From NCBI RefSeq assembly GCF_009914755.1, contig NC_060930.1: a DNA stretch of 64,000 nt. One strand, given 5' to 3'. Shown here piece by piece: positions 15,691-59,982 of the stretch. The position numbers were made by a program, and so were the translations under genes. The stretch comes from the human T2T-CHM13v2.0 reference genome, Homo sapiens. A model generated the notes under the pieces. It saw only the letters and a list, made by a program, of their open reading frames with translations. It was not told the origin of the DNA and ran no database searches. The stretch's first letter is position 1. Each line of letters begins with the position of its first letter.

Positions 15691-16503
15691 TTGAGCAGGC
15701 ATTGCCTAAGCCATCTGGATAAAATACCCTTAAAGGAATGTTTTGCCTGAAACATTCATGGCCCACTGACCATACTTTTACAAATTTGGGCTTATTTTTT
15801 CTTCTGAAAAAGAGGAAGTAAAAAGAAAATTACTGATTGCCTATCATATTACAGGCACCAAACAAGCTGCTTTAACTTTACCTCCATTTAGGTTTCCAAA
15901 GAACCCTGCAAGGTAAATGTCATCTTTCTCATTTTACAAATAAAAAGGAATAAGATGGCCTGTCCAAGGTGGTCAGTAACAGAATTGAGGTTTGAACTCT
16001 GTCTATTGTCCCCAAAGACTGTGTTTTCCTCTATGCACATTGCTTTTCAGTAGTAATGATGTTCTATAGAATTCATGTTTTATTATTAACATTAGTGTCA
16101 TTAATGTAAATAACAGCCACCATTTGTTGAATGCTTACTAAATACCGGAATCCTAAGAACTTTCAGGCTTCTCTCATGTACTCTCAACAATAACTTTACA
16201 GATGAAGTAACCAAACTTTGGTAATGTAACCAAGTTAATATGGTTAGTAAATGTTGGAAGCAGGCCTCAAACCCATTTCTTTCTTTTTAACAGTTCTATT
16301 ACATTTTCCAGAATACTACCACCCAGCATTAATCACTTCTCTGCTCACATCATTACCAAGACTTTCTTGCTTACTGATGCTCACAGAAGTGTTGCTAATA
16401 GAAAATAAAATGGAAACAAGTTCTCACCCCCATCCCCTACTCTCCAGCTTCACAATTCTGCTGATCCTAACCTCCAGCCCTTGGTCTCTAACATTCCCTA
16501 TCT

Positions 16504-16688
16504 CAGTGGTTCCCAAATTTGAGTGTGCACCAGAGTCACCAAAGAGCTTGCTAAAATAACAGGTCCCTGGGGCTCTGCTCTGGAGTTTCTAATTCAGAAG
16601 GTCTGGGGAGAAGTCCAAGAATTGGCATTTCCAATAAGTTCTAGGTGACACTGATGCTGCCCGCTGGGGATACTCCTGAGAACCATTC
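16504..16688. mobile_element. MER5A hAT-Charlie element
   Basis: cagtggttcccaaa...tgagaaccatt termini and internal match. Confidence 0.8.
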
Positions 16689-18234
16689 TCTGGTCTAAGA
16701 GAAAGCAGGCTATGAGAAATTCATATTGTTGCAGACTTTCATATGTAAACAATTATCAGCATAGATGATAGAAGTGATTCCACGAATGTGACTTTTTTAT
16801 TTCACCCTTTTTAAATTAGTTGTTGGGGAAGGGGTGGCTGCATAACATTTCCCACAATGTGGTGAAGTAGAAGACAGATAGGGCTGGCTCTCCTGCCCAG
16901 ACTACCTCAGGAAGAGAGAGTCACATTATCACCAGTGCCAGGCAAAGCTTTCATGCTGTGAAGAATTATCCTTGGCAGTGCCCAGCAGCATGTTGTCATG
17001 GAATTCAAAGCTGCCTTGCCCATGCCGTGTTCAGGGATATGGCTGAGATCTAAGAACTAGGAAACCTTATCCACAAATCCAATGTGTCCCTTGGCAGCAC
17101 ATCACACTGAGGAACTCCTTTGCTCTGGTTTCGAACATCAGGTCAGAATTCCAAAGGGGCGTTGCCTCCCATTTGGTTGGCATAATGTAGCTGTTGGCAA
17201 TGTTTTATCTACAATTTCTACCCAGCAAGATAAAGTCTTGCCAAACCCATTTGGGCTGCTATTCTTCAGTGATAAATTTCTCTTCTCCCAGCGTGATACT
17301 CATGAAGAGACCCAGAATTATAGAAAGTCAGAGATAGAAGAGACCTTTAAGCTTATCAAATGAATGTGGATCTGTGGTTTTACAGATGGGAAACTGAAAT
17401 ACAAGGAGACAACAGGAAGAAGCTAGACCCCAAGTCTCCCAAAGACTCCCTGTCCCACAGAAAAATCTCCCCATTCCCCCACAGGAGCCAATCAAGGAAA
17501 TACAACTGGGCACATTTGGTTAAGATCAAGCCAGGTGAAATGTGGACCCCCTATGGGAGAATTCATGGTAATCAGTGAACTAGGGGGACTCTTCCCCATC
17601 ACCTCTTTTAGTTCTTTTCTCCAGTCTCACCCCTCCTCCACTTTGCCCAGGTTAGCAGGAGACTCTCAGATAAAGGATATGGAAAAATTACCTCATGGCG
17701 TGGTGTTAAGAATGTTATTCTGTTAAAAGACAGCCCCAGTGTACAATTTCTCTCCAAAAGGGATACACATCTATGGATAAAATATAATCTGTTGCTGCTT
17801 CCTGAGGTGAGGTCAGTGGGGAGGCTTTCCGAACAAGGGAGGGGAGCTTGCTAAGGTGAGCCCACGCCACAGTGGTGAAGGCTGAGGAGTTAACTGCAAA
17901 GCAGCCCTGAGCGTTCCAGGCCAATCCCTGGGGACCTCGCAAATCTCTGTACTGCGTTCAAGTCACTGTTTTATGTTTGTTTGTTTTATTTTGTTCCCTC
18001 CACCCTAAGACCTTGGGTACAAAGTGGAATCTGTAAACAGTTTTATGTAATTCATCCACGGAAGTGGGGCTCTAGGCTGACAAACCTATATAAAATTTTC
18101 CAGACTATTCCTTCCCAAAGTAAGAAATGAATCCAAAAAGCACAGAATATTTCTAATCTATTTTTCAAACCACATATTTGAATTAACTCTGTTTTGCCCA
18201 AGGTATCCAAGGTATAACCCATTGATACGACTCA

Positions 18235-18261
18235 AATAATAATAATAATAATAATAATAAT
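18235..18261. repeat. (AAT)n microsatellite
   Basis: Seen directly. Confidence 0.95.
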
Positions 18262-18645
18262 AAACAAAAACACTGTTTTTCTAGCAGATAAAAATTCCGT
18301 GACACCCATGGCTACTTCCCGCTTTGCTTAAAGCAGTCTTCAGTGTTTACCAGCACACTTGGGCATAAATCCAGGAAACAGAGGCATTGTTTGCCATCAG
18401 GAAACAGAGCTATTACAGTTACAGATCCCTAATCTCCTTTATTATACAAACCAAAGCAGCAACAATGCAGATTGCCCTTAATTAGAGTGGTGAGATTAAA
18501 ACGCCTTTTGCACCCTCAAATTCAAGAGTGAATTTCAGGTGTATTTAAGGTTTAAGGAAGTTGTCCAGGATTTATTTCTTGGTCTGGACTGCCCCCTGAA
18601 GTTTGATAAGGGTAAGTACAGTATAGGCCTACTGCCTTCTTATAA

Positions 18646-20861
<2,216 letters not shown>

Positions 20862-21109
20862 AAGAACCACTTGGAAAGAAACAGAATGGGACTTTTACCA
20901 ACATTTGCATTAGTCTGATAAACACTGAACTACAGAGTGACCCTCTGTCAGCCCCTTCATTTGTTCTGGAAGCGTAAGAGAAATGGAGAAAATTAATCTT
21001 TCTAAAATAATTCTTTACAGATCTGGAAGAGCTTATTCAATAGAGGGCTATGCAAAGTCTAAACATGAGTTCTAGGTGAAACTTCCTGACACTGGAATTT
21101 CTTACTCTG

Positions 21110-21565
21110 AGGTCCTATTATATCAGTACATCAATGATCTTCATGTTTCAAACTCAAATAGTCAAGTCAGGGGCCTCATCTTCCCTGACTCTCAGCCGTA
21201 TTTAACCCAGTTGCTGTCTTTGAAAACCTTCTTGAAATGTTTCTCTGAGCTTCTAGGACATAACATTCTCCTGGTTTTCCTTCTACCTCACAAGGGTGTT
21301 CATTCTCACACCTCTTTACCGGATCCTCCTCCGCTCCTCTCCCTTTCTGTAAATGGTGGGGTACACCAAGGATCTCCTCACTTTTCCACCAGTCCCTGCT
21401 AGGTTATCTCCTCTGGTCCTATGGCTTTAAGCACCATCCCTATGCTGGTGACCCCAGGAATGTATCTCCAGCCCAGACGTTCCCTTGAACAATGGGTTGG
21501 TATACCCAGTGACTCACTTAACATCCCAAATTGATGTCTCATAGGCATCTCAAAGACCTGAAGCA
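21110..21565 (+). mobile_element. L2 fragment
   Basis: ctcctggttttccttctacctc...tatctccagcccagac...ttgatgtctcataggcatctcaaa. Confidence 0.7.
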
Positions 21566-21904
21566 GCTGACTAATACCACATAAGAGTGGAGAGCACTGA
21601 GCCTCCAAGTTCAAGCAAATAAATCAAAGCGACTTCTAATTTTAGGATATCCTGATTGTTTCCTTCAATTTACACAACACACACAGGTGCGTGCACAATT
21701 TATTTATGTTTAATGAAAGTCATGTGAATATGATTTTAAGAGTCAAATAACTCTGTGATTCCCTGATTCTCGGAGACAAGTATTTTGAACTGATTTAGCT
21801 GGTTCTTTTGGTATTTTTCACTTATTTCTAAATAACATGATTATAATACTACTTCTTGGTTTCTCATTTTTATTGATTTACAAAAGCAAAGAATGAAGAT
21901 TTAT

Positions 21905-22128
21905 CAGGGGTGTCCAATCTTTTGGCTTCCCTGGGCCACACTGGAATAAGAAGAATTGTCTTGGGCCATACATAAGATACACTAACACTAACGATAGCTG
22001 ATGAGCTAAAAAAAAAATCACAAAATAAACTCACAATATTTTAAGAAAGTTTATGAATTTACGTTGGGCTACATTCAAAGCCGTCCTTGGCAGCATGCAA
22101 CCTGTGGGCAGAGGGTTGAACAAGTTTG
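21905..22128 (+). mobile_element. MER30 hAT DNA transposon
   Basis: caggggtgtccaatcttttggcttccctgggccacac...gggttgaacaagtttg. Confidence 0.88.
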
Positions 22129-22599
22129 ATTTAGATCTCTTTTGCCATCCACTCCCCCCACCAAAACACTCTCTAGTCTCCACCTTCTCAATATAGTTAC
22201 ATTGTTATTAGTTTGGTTATATCAAAATCATTTCACATTATTGAGATTGTTTATATTCTATTAATAGCTGAGCTAGGTTGTATGCTCTGTTTTTTTCTTT
22301 TCTGTACAGCTTTTTGTTTCTGTTAGATGTTGTATTTTCTTTTTACTTGCTTGAATATATGTGTTCTAATCAAAATTCATCCCCAAACTCTCCTTCTCCA
22401 GTAAGTAAACCTCTTCTAAATAACACTCAGATGCATTGTTTTTCTTTTTCTGAGCAATCTCTTCTGAAGATCCAGCCTGGATCTGCCCTGTAACTGCTGT
22501 CTGGGAAATTCCCTTTATCCCCATCAGAAAGGTTCTATTCCCTCTGCTTCCTTTTCTATTGCATCCTTTGTTTTGCTGGGGTCATGTCTTCATCCTTCT

Positions 22600-23700
22600 A
22601 GGTTTACTCCCATATATGGCATGGCATGGCATATTCCTCAACAATTTTGAGGAAAGGGAGCATTGGAGGGAAATTTATTGAAAACTTCCATGCATAAAAA
22701 TATCTTTATTCTTCTTCACATTTAGTTGCTTCTAGGTTGCAGTCATTTCTCCTCAACATTTTGACTGTATTCTTCATTGTTTTCTAGCCTATAATATTAC
22801 TGTGGAAAGTTCTGATAATATTCTGATTTTTGACCCTTTGTATAAAATCTGTTTTTTTTTTCCTCTCTGAAAGTGTTTAGATCTTCTTTTTGTCTCCTGT
22901 GATCTGAAATTTTGCAATGATGTGTCTAACTATGGTTTTACTTTCATCCATCCTACTGAGAATTTGATGGGAAATTTCAATAGAGAATCTCATGTTTCTT
23001 AGTGATAACATTTTTTTCTCCATTTATTTCTTTAATGCCCTTCCTTCTGCTTCTTTCCTCTTTTTTCTGCAAACTGTACTCAAGTTTTGAAACTCTTGGT
23101 TTTGTCCTCTAATCCTCTCTTTTCTATTTTACATCTATTTTTCTTTAATTCTACTTTCTAGATCATTTCCTAAACTTTATCTTCCAATCCTTCTATTGAA
23201 GCATTTTATTAACGATGTTTTAGATTTCAGAGATATCTTTTTGTTGTCTGTGTATTCCTTGTTATAGCACTCACTTTATAGAGGCAATATCCTACTTGAG
23301 GGTAAAACTGATTGTCTCTTAGGTCTCCTGCCTTCTAGTATGATTTTCTCTCCTAATGTGTATTTCTATGTTTGTTTCTTCATTGCTCTAGGTGAGCTTA
23401 TATCACAGGACTAAAGGTGAGACTGCATTGCCTCTCCCTGCCTTTTATTTTTTCTTTTTGGCCTCTGCATTTGATACTGGAAGCTTTTGTAAAGTACTTA
23501 ATGATCCTAGGCTGTTTGCTTATATTTCAGACTGAGACACTATAAAGCTGATTTGATGGTTGGATTGTCTGTGTATGAGGACTCTTGGCCTTCCTGTAGG
23601 GTGATTATCTGGAAAAATAATTCCTTAGTAAATATTCAAAGTCAGTATCTTCAATGTTTCCTCCTGTTATAATCAGATTCTCCAGAGATGCCTGTTCAGA
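22600..23700 (-). mobile_element. Ancient L1 (L1ME-like) fragment
   Basis: T-rich antisense L1 texture (ttctgatttttgaccctttgtat...ctgaaattttgcaatgatgtgtct). Confidence 0.55.
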
Positions 23701-23702
23701 CT

Positions 23703-24075
23703 TGACTTGGGTCGGCTGTGTCCCCACCCAAATCTCATCTTAAATTGTAGCTCCCATAATTCCCACGTGTTGTGGGAGGGACCCAGTGGGAGATAATTGA
23801 ATGATGGAGCCAGTTTTACCCATTCTGTTCTCATGGTAGTGAATAAGTCTCAAAAGATTTGGTGGTTTTACAAGGGGAAACCCCTTTCATATCGTTTTCA
23901 CTCCCTTTCTTGCCCGCTGCCATGTAAGAAGTCCCTTTACTCCTCCTTTGTCTTCCACCATGATTGTGAGGCTTCCCCAGCCATGTGGAACTGTGGGCCC
24001 ATTAAACCTTTTTTTAAAATAAATTACCCAGTCTTAGGTATGTGTTTATCAGCAGCATGAGAATGGACTCATACA
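23703..24075 (+). mobile_element. THE1-family MaLR solo LTR
   Basis: ggctgtgtccccacccaaatctcat...aattacccagtct...gaatggactcataca. Confidence 0.9.
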
Positions 24076-24559
24076 AGACTCTTGCCTTAAAAATGTAAGA
24101 CTTGCTGCCATTGTTATATGTTAACTTTCACTAAACCTTTTGTTTTCAGGATGGGAAAACCTCTCCCAACTGATTCTGCTGTCTCTCAGTCCCAATATCC
24201 CATCTTTTTCCACATCTCCATATAATCTATTAGTAGGATGAAGGAAAGGACATTTGCTTGGCTACTTGGGATTAGAGAGGTACCTGGGGGACCAGATGCT
24301 TCCTAAATTGAACTTGAACCAACCAAATCTACTATTCAGTCCCATATTCATCCAAATTCTTAAGGTACCTGGTGCTGCAAAGTCTTAAGTCTCTTGGGGG
24401 ATTCTGCAGTGTAAAGTAGGTTGCTTCTTGTTTTTCCCCACCACTGGCTTAATATTTAACTTTCTCAGGTCTTCTAAGTCAGTTCACACCACCCCACCTG
24501 CTTTCCAAAGGTGTGTTGCTGTTATCTCCTCTCTTGTTCCCAATCTTTGGAATTTCATG

Positions 24560-25127
24560 TCTGTGACCTCCAGTGATCCCTCCCTCCTGGCATTCACACC
24601 TTTTGAAATGCCCTCCTCTCAATTGTGGCCAGGGCCTGTGACTTGGTTCTAACCTGTGAAATATGGCAAAAGTTATGGGTTGTCACTCTCCTAATTATCT
24701 TACATTAAACAAGACTCTCTCTTAAAAGCAGACTGGAGTTAGAGACTGTCCTTGCAGGCTTAATGTTGTAAGTGGCCAAGTTGGAAAAGCCCATGTGGTG
24801 AAAAAAATAGGGGTGGCCTCTAGGGTCTGAGGATGAACTCTAGCCAATAGTCAGCAAAAAGCCACCATTCTCATTCCCACAACCACAAGGGGACAAATTC
24901 TGCCAACAACCTGAATGAGTCAGAAGTGAATTCTTCCCCACCTGCACCTCCAGATGACATGACAGTCCATCCAGTACCTTGATGACAGCCTTGTGTAACC
25001 CTGAGCAAAGTACAAGCTTAGCTGTGCATGGAATCCACCCATGACCACTTTGAGATAATAAATGTGTGTTGCTTTAAGCTGCTGAGTTTGCAGCAATTTT
25101 ATATGCAGCAATAAAAAACTATCATAA
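24560..25127 (+). mobile_element. MLT1-family MaLR LTR
   Basis: ttctgccaacaacctgaatgag...gctttaagctgctgagtttg...gcagcaata. Confidence 0.8.
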
Positions 25128-25184
25128 CAGAAATGGAATAAACTATTATAATAGAAAACACAGCAATAGAAAATTATTACAATG

Positions 25185-27700
25185 CTATTCACTTTTTCAT
25201 TATTTTATTGTTGTTTTAGTAGCATTTTGAGGTGAATGTATGCATAATCAGTGAATTAGACAAGCATGCACATACATGATATCTGATCAAACTTTTTTTG
25301 TCTCTCATCATCCTCATAAAATTTATTCAGTGGGAGAAGCTTTTTCTTCCATCAGATACATTCCAGTTGTATGCCAACATACTCAGGTAAGAGCAACATT
25401 TTGGTCATTTTAAATAGTTTGGTAATTATGACTCCCAGTCGCCTACAATAAGAAGAAACTACAATAATTTAGTACTAAATTTTTCTTCCCTCTCCAACTG
25501 AGTCTTGTGTTGAGTTGCCTACTTGCGCTAGCACATCTTCCCTTGCTGGTTGACATTTTTGCTAAGATTTCTCCCTCTCCTTCCACCCCACCTTGGACAT
25601 GGAGGTTTCTGGCCTCCCTTTCCCCAAGGTCCCCAAAAAAAGAAATCTGTCTTATGAGATAGGGCTGCCTTCACATGGTGTCAGGGTTCTCTGGATAGTA
25701 ATTGTGTGTAATAAGAGAGGGAGCATTCAAGAACTCCCATAGAAATTCTCATAGCCCTGACTTTTCATCTTTAGCTTGTGTAGATTTTTTTGTATTCCAG
25801 GTGGTCATTTGTGACTCCTTCCTCATCCCACAATCTGGCTTCACCTCCCACTTCTTGATGCTGGGTTCCCTCCACCTCTTTGGACAACCCTATCAGAGAG
25901 GACCTAAAAGAGCCCCATGCTGACCTTCACTCTTGCATGTCTCACTATGGTTCATGGGAAACACACACATCCATTGCCCTGACAAACACTAGACATACAG
26001 GCTATTCTCAACACATAACTCATTCAGGGCTCTACTACCGGAGCTGTGGCCACAATTCTAGGCAAGAATCAGACTTCCATCAGCCATGCATCCTAATTGT
26101 TGTGGTTCTGAGAAATCTGAGCTATCTGAGCTATCTGAGAAATCTTCTCTCACTAAATTTGAGGTCAAGGAGCAGACATTCCTCCTTCTCTCACTTTTGT
26201 GGGTAGGTAGAGTGAGAAGGCTCATAGAGCAGTTTTCTGCAAAGAAGTCTTTCTCATAAAATTCTGTTGACTCTCATACATATTTGTGGGGTATAGAACC
26301 ATCTAACTGATCCTCAGTCATTTCCTTTGAACCTCTCACTTTCATATTTCATGTGTGCTGCACCTTGGTGCCTTGTGGAAGTCTAACTTTGAATTTCTCT
26401 CAGGTATGCTTATTTAATCTACCACCACTAACTAGAAGTTCCCCCAGCTGTCTTTATTTGCATAGCATGAAGGCTTTCCATGTCAGGAGGCTAAGAGACA
26501 CTCCCTAGGCCTCTCAAAACAGCAAGGATGAATCAAAGGCTCGGGTTCCTCTGGGCACTATGGTCACGGCTGAAACTCAGGTAGGTGAGCCAAATGTGAT
26601 GGAAGTATGGAAGAGAAGTGTTGCTTCACATAGCGTCAACTCCTGCTGCTTTGTATGTCATCCAAAAGTGGCACTGGCTGTACAAGAAAATAACTTCCAC
26701 AAAGTGCCTATGGTGTATTATGAAAGAAAATAAGGATGTTTTAAGGTACCTCCCTGGAAGCTGACAACCAAATTCTCCCTTAATTTCTCTCTTACATAGA
26801 ATTCTGGGAATGGTGAACTGTGTAACTGACCTCAGAAAGATTTACTAGAGATGTAGGTAATTTTCAAGGCTTTTATTGGCTGTAGAAATGGTCTGGGAGA
26901 CAAATGTCCTAAAAATCCCCAATTTCCCTTAACTGGCTTCACAATCTTTGGCAAGTCACTTTACCTCTCTGAGCCCCCATGCCCTCATCTCTGCACTAGG
27001 TCTGCCTTGACACTTTTGTTTGCAGGGTTTAGGACCAGATGGAAGTGCCTTGTAAACTGAAAAATACCACATTATATATCATATCACATTATTATACTTT
27101 CTGATAAATGGTTACAAAGCTATCTGAAATAGAAGTTTACATTTTATTTCTGATTAACTTTCAATATTAAGTGATAGAACCTAAGAAGCAAAAGCGAACA
27201 TAAAATTCAACTGGAAAATTTGAAAGAGAAATGGTTTTTTCTCTAGGAAATTTGCACTAATAACTTTTTCCCACCATCCCCCCACCAGTAACTTTTTGAC
27301 AAGAAAATGAACGTGGCCTATTAATTTATCTAAAGCTATTTCATAAAATTTTCTTCCTTCAATCCAGATTATTGGAAATGCCATGTGAATAATGCTGTTT
27401 TATGAAAATAGAAACCATATTTTATGGTCAGGGTACAACTGACACGATTTCCAACAAAACCTACTCTTCTGCATTTATGGAGCACTTTCTTTGAATCAAA
27501 TCACATGGAAATAAATCTTCTTTTCATTTAATTGAAGACAAAAGGGAGCAGTAATGAAGCCACTGAGACATTCTTGTTTTATTCCCAGACCCCTAAATCA
27601 GAAAACCCGATCGAATACTGAGCATAATTTCTTCATTGACATTTGTCTCTAAATGTCAAGTTGTTCTGGAAATTTTTTCTTGATTTTATGATTCCTTGCC
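25185..27700 (-). other. ADGRF1: Probable ADGRF1 3' UTR (up to ~2.5 kb) with several AATAAA signals
   Basis: Minus-strand AATAAA at 27583-27578, 27148-27143, 26877-26872, 26458-26453, 25327-25322 and 25209-25204. The true end cannot be fixed from sequence alone. Confidence 0.55.
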
Positions 27701-56535
<28,835 letters not shown>

Positions 56536-57185
56536 TTTCCCTGGACTGAACAGCAGCAGTCGGGTGCATAGTCTGTGACTAAACAAGCAGGGTACCAGGT
56601 AAGGTAGAGGCACAAAAACAAGAAATTCAAGCCAAAATGTAAAAATGCACAAAGTGGTAAGGCCTCACTGAGCTGATCCGAACCCCTGGGTGTTTATGTT
56701 TCCACTCCACGGAACCTGTGACATCATGACTTCTGCTCCCATTGCAGATGTAGTAAATTTCCATCATTACAAACTTACTAGAAAACTGCTCTAGAGCTCT
56801 CTTCCAAGTGATGGTATCTGACTAAACACAGGTTTTTTTTTTTTAATCGTGACTTGCTTAACATTGCAATTAGGTGCATTTAACATCAGTCTTTTATATT
56901 TCACTGAGGTTTCCTTTTCATTTCAGGAAAGAAAAACATTAAAATAACCAAAGACTCTGTAAACCATTAATACCAGGATATAATTTGAGTGTTTAAGCAT
57001 ATAAATAATAATGAATCAATCCAGAAAATTTCCTTTTTCATAGTAGATATAATTAGCAAAAAGATGTCCTCGAGTTTATGGTTATCTCAAATAATTTAGA
57101 TAAAACTCAGTACATAGACCTGGTCACAAGATTAATCACTTATACCCAGGTTATTTTGCATCAAAAAAATCACAAAATGTTAGAA

Positions 57186-57390
57186 TTGTTCTGTCTAATA
57201 CAGTAGCCATTAGCCATGTGTGGCTATCTAAATTTCAATTACAGTTAAAATTAAATTAAATTTAAAATTCAGTTGCTCAGTCACATTGACCACATTTCCA
57301 GTGCTCAGGGGCCACATGTGGCCAGGGGCTACCATATTGGGTAGCTCAACACAGAACGGTTACATCATTGCTAAGTTTTACTCCACAGCA
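57186..57390. mobile_element. MER3 hAT-Charlie element
   Basis: tgtctaatacagtagccattagccatgtgtggcta...ggccacatgtggc...gctaccatattgg. Confidence 0.82.
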
Positions 57391-58047
57391 TTGATAGAAC
57401 TTAAAGGAATACCTTCTTCTGGCCTCTCAATGTTTCTTTTACATCTCACAGGAGAAGATGAGAAAGTTTGATTCCCAAACTCAAGAGTCCTCCAGTGGAA
57501 TAAGTGTCCTTGCTTAGCAGTCCAGAGTACACAGAGTAGGGCTCTCCATCCAGCCCTTACCTTGCTTCCTGGGTGTGCTTAAACTTCATACAAACCCTGC
57601 TATTTCTCCAGTGCCACCCCACACTGCCCTCTAATCTAAAAAGCCGAGAAAAGGCATTAGAGACAGGGAAGAACTACCATAGAGGTGGCCTATGTCTCAG
57701 CAGAGACCTTTTCTAGGGCTTTCTAGGGGAGCATGAAAAATAGGCAACGTGACATGTACAGCTTTTGAATTTACCTTTTCCTTTCGGATGAATGGTCCTC
57801 TTATGCCCCACCTTCCTGTTTGCCAAAGACTCCTTGAAAATCTATTGCTTTAAAATTCTTTGGCAGCAGCCTGGGCTCTAGATTATTCTTCAGGGTCTTG
57901 TTTCCCCACAGCTTATCTGCTGTGAGTTCTATTCCTTCCCGCCTGCGCTTTCTGCTTTCTAAAAGTGATGAATATTTTTCTCTCGAGCAGTGTTTTACAA
58001 ACTTTCTTGACAGGATCCCATAGAAAGAAAGATATGTGATAACATGA

Positions 58048-58538
<491 letters not shown>

Positions 58539-58733
58539 ACTTTTTCTTCACCTCTAGGGAAGGATTTTTTAATTTGAATTCCCAGGAACTATTTAGACCA
58601 CAGTTTATAGTGCTGGAGCTTTCAAATGGGATAACAGTTTTGGTGCCTGCAGAGTGATCCGTTCTGCCTCTTTGTGCCAGTCTGTTTCCAAATGGGAGAC
58701 CTGGCCTGCATACTGCTCTCTGCTCACTCTGTG

Positions 58734-58792
58734 TCTCTCTCTCTCTTCTCTCTCTCTCTCTCTCTCTCTGTCTGACTCTCTCTGTCTCTCTG

Positions 58793-58868
<76 letters not shown>
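58734..58868. repeat. Long (CT)n/(GA)n polypyrimidine-polypurine tract
   Basis: Seen directly; ~135 nt with a few G interruptions. Confidence 0.95.
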
Positions 58869-58869
<1 letters not shown>

Positions 58870-59204
58870 TGAAAAATCTTCCTCATACATGTACTCCAGG
58901 CCTGAGGCTGTAAAGGCAGCTTGAGAAAGCCTGAGGACAGCTCTGGGCATTGTGGGAAAGCCTTCTCTCATAGACTCCACCTCTTTATTCCCTCTTCTCC
59001 CACCCTAGAGATATATTCTGGCATCCTTGGACTTGCTACAGATGGTAAACTGTAACTTAGCATCAGAATTTCAGACAAGTGAGGAAGGGAGGGAAGAGAA
59101 GGAAAGGAGAAAACATTTAGGAGCTCATTAGAAAATGTGGGTGTCCCCGTCTCACCCTAAACCTACTAAATCTTGGACAGGTCAGGCCCAGCTATGTATA
59201 TTAT

Positions 59205-59486
59205 AATTATAATTATTATTATCGAGACATGTTCTTGCTCTGTCACCCAGGCTGGAGGTGCAGTGGTGTAGTCATGGCTCACTGCAGCCTTGACCTCCTG
59301 GTTACAAGTGATCCTCCCACCTCAGCCTGCCGAGTAGCTGAGACTACAGGCTAATTCTTTTAATTTTTTTTGTAGAGACAAGGTTTCACTATATTGTCCA
59401 AGCTGGTCTTAAACTCCTGGGCTTAAGCAATTCTCCCACCTCAGCTTCCAAAGTGGGACTACAGGCATCAGCCACCATGCCAGGGC
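59205..59486 (-). mobile_element. AluJ-like
   Basis: Diverged antisense Alu. Confidence 0.85.
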
Positions 59487-59802
59487 AGCCCATGTGTATT
59501 ATTAAAGCTACACAAGCAATGCTCACATCCAGGCAGGTTTGAGAGCTGTTATTCTAGACTGTTTTAAGTATAGGAAAAACGATTTCTCCAGGGGAAAGCG
59601 GCTGAGGGAGAGGTTGTGGCACCTGTGGCCTCCACTCCGCCCCCTCCTCCTTAAAAAAATAAAAATAAAATAAAAAAATAAAGATTTCTCCACCTAGCCT
59701 GGTCGTGTGATAGGAGTTCTACTCTGGGATTTGAAACCAAAGCTCAAGCGAATCAAACTTTTTTTCTTTGCTTCCTTGGTGCATATAGCTCCCTCTGGGA
59801 TA

Positions 59803-59982
59803 CCGTTGGAAGATTTAGGAAGTAAAAATACAAGGTACCCTCAAAATTTTGAATTTCAAATAAACAATATTTTTTTAGTTAAGTATGCCTTGTGCAATAT
59901 TTGCAACATTATTTGTTGTCTAAAATTATTTGTGTCTTATCTGAAATTCAAATTTAACTGGACATCCTATATTTGACAACTA
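59803..59982. mobile_element. MER53 palindromic MITE
   Basis: agatttagga agtaaaaatacaagg...tttgaatttcaaataaacaa...tatctgaaattcaaatttaactggacatcctatattt. Confidence 0.8.
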
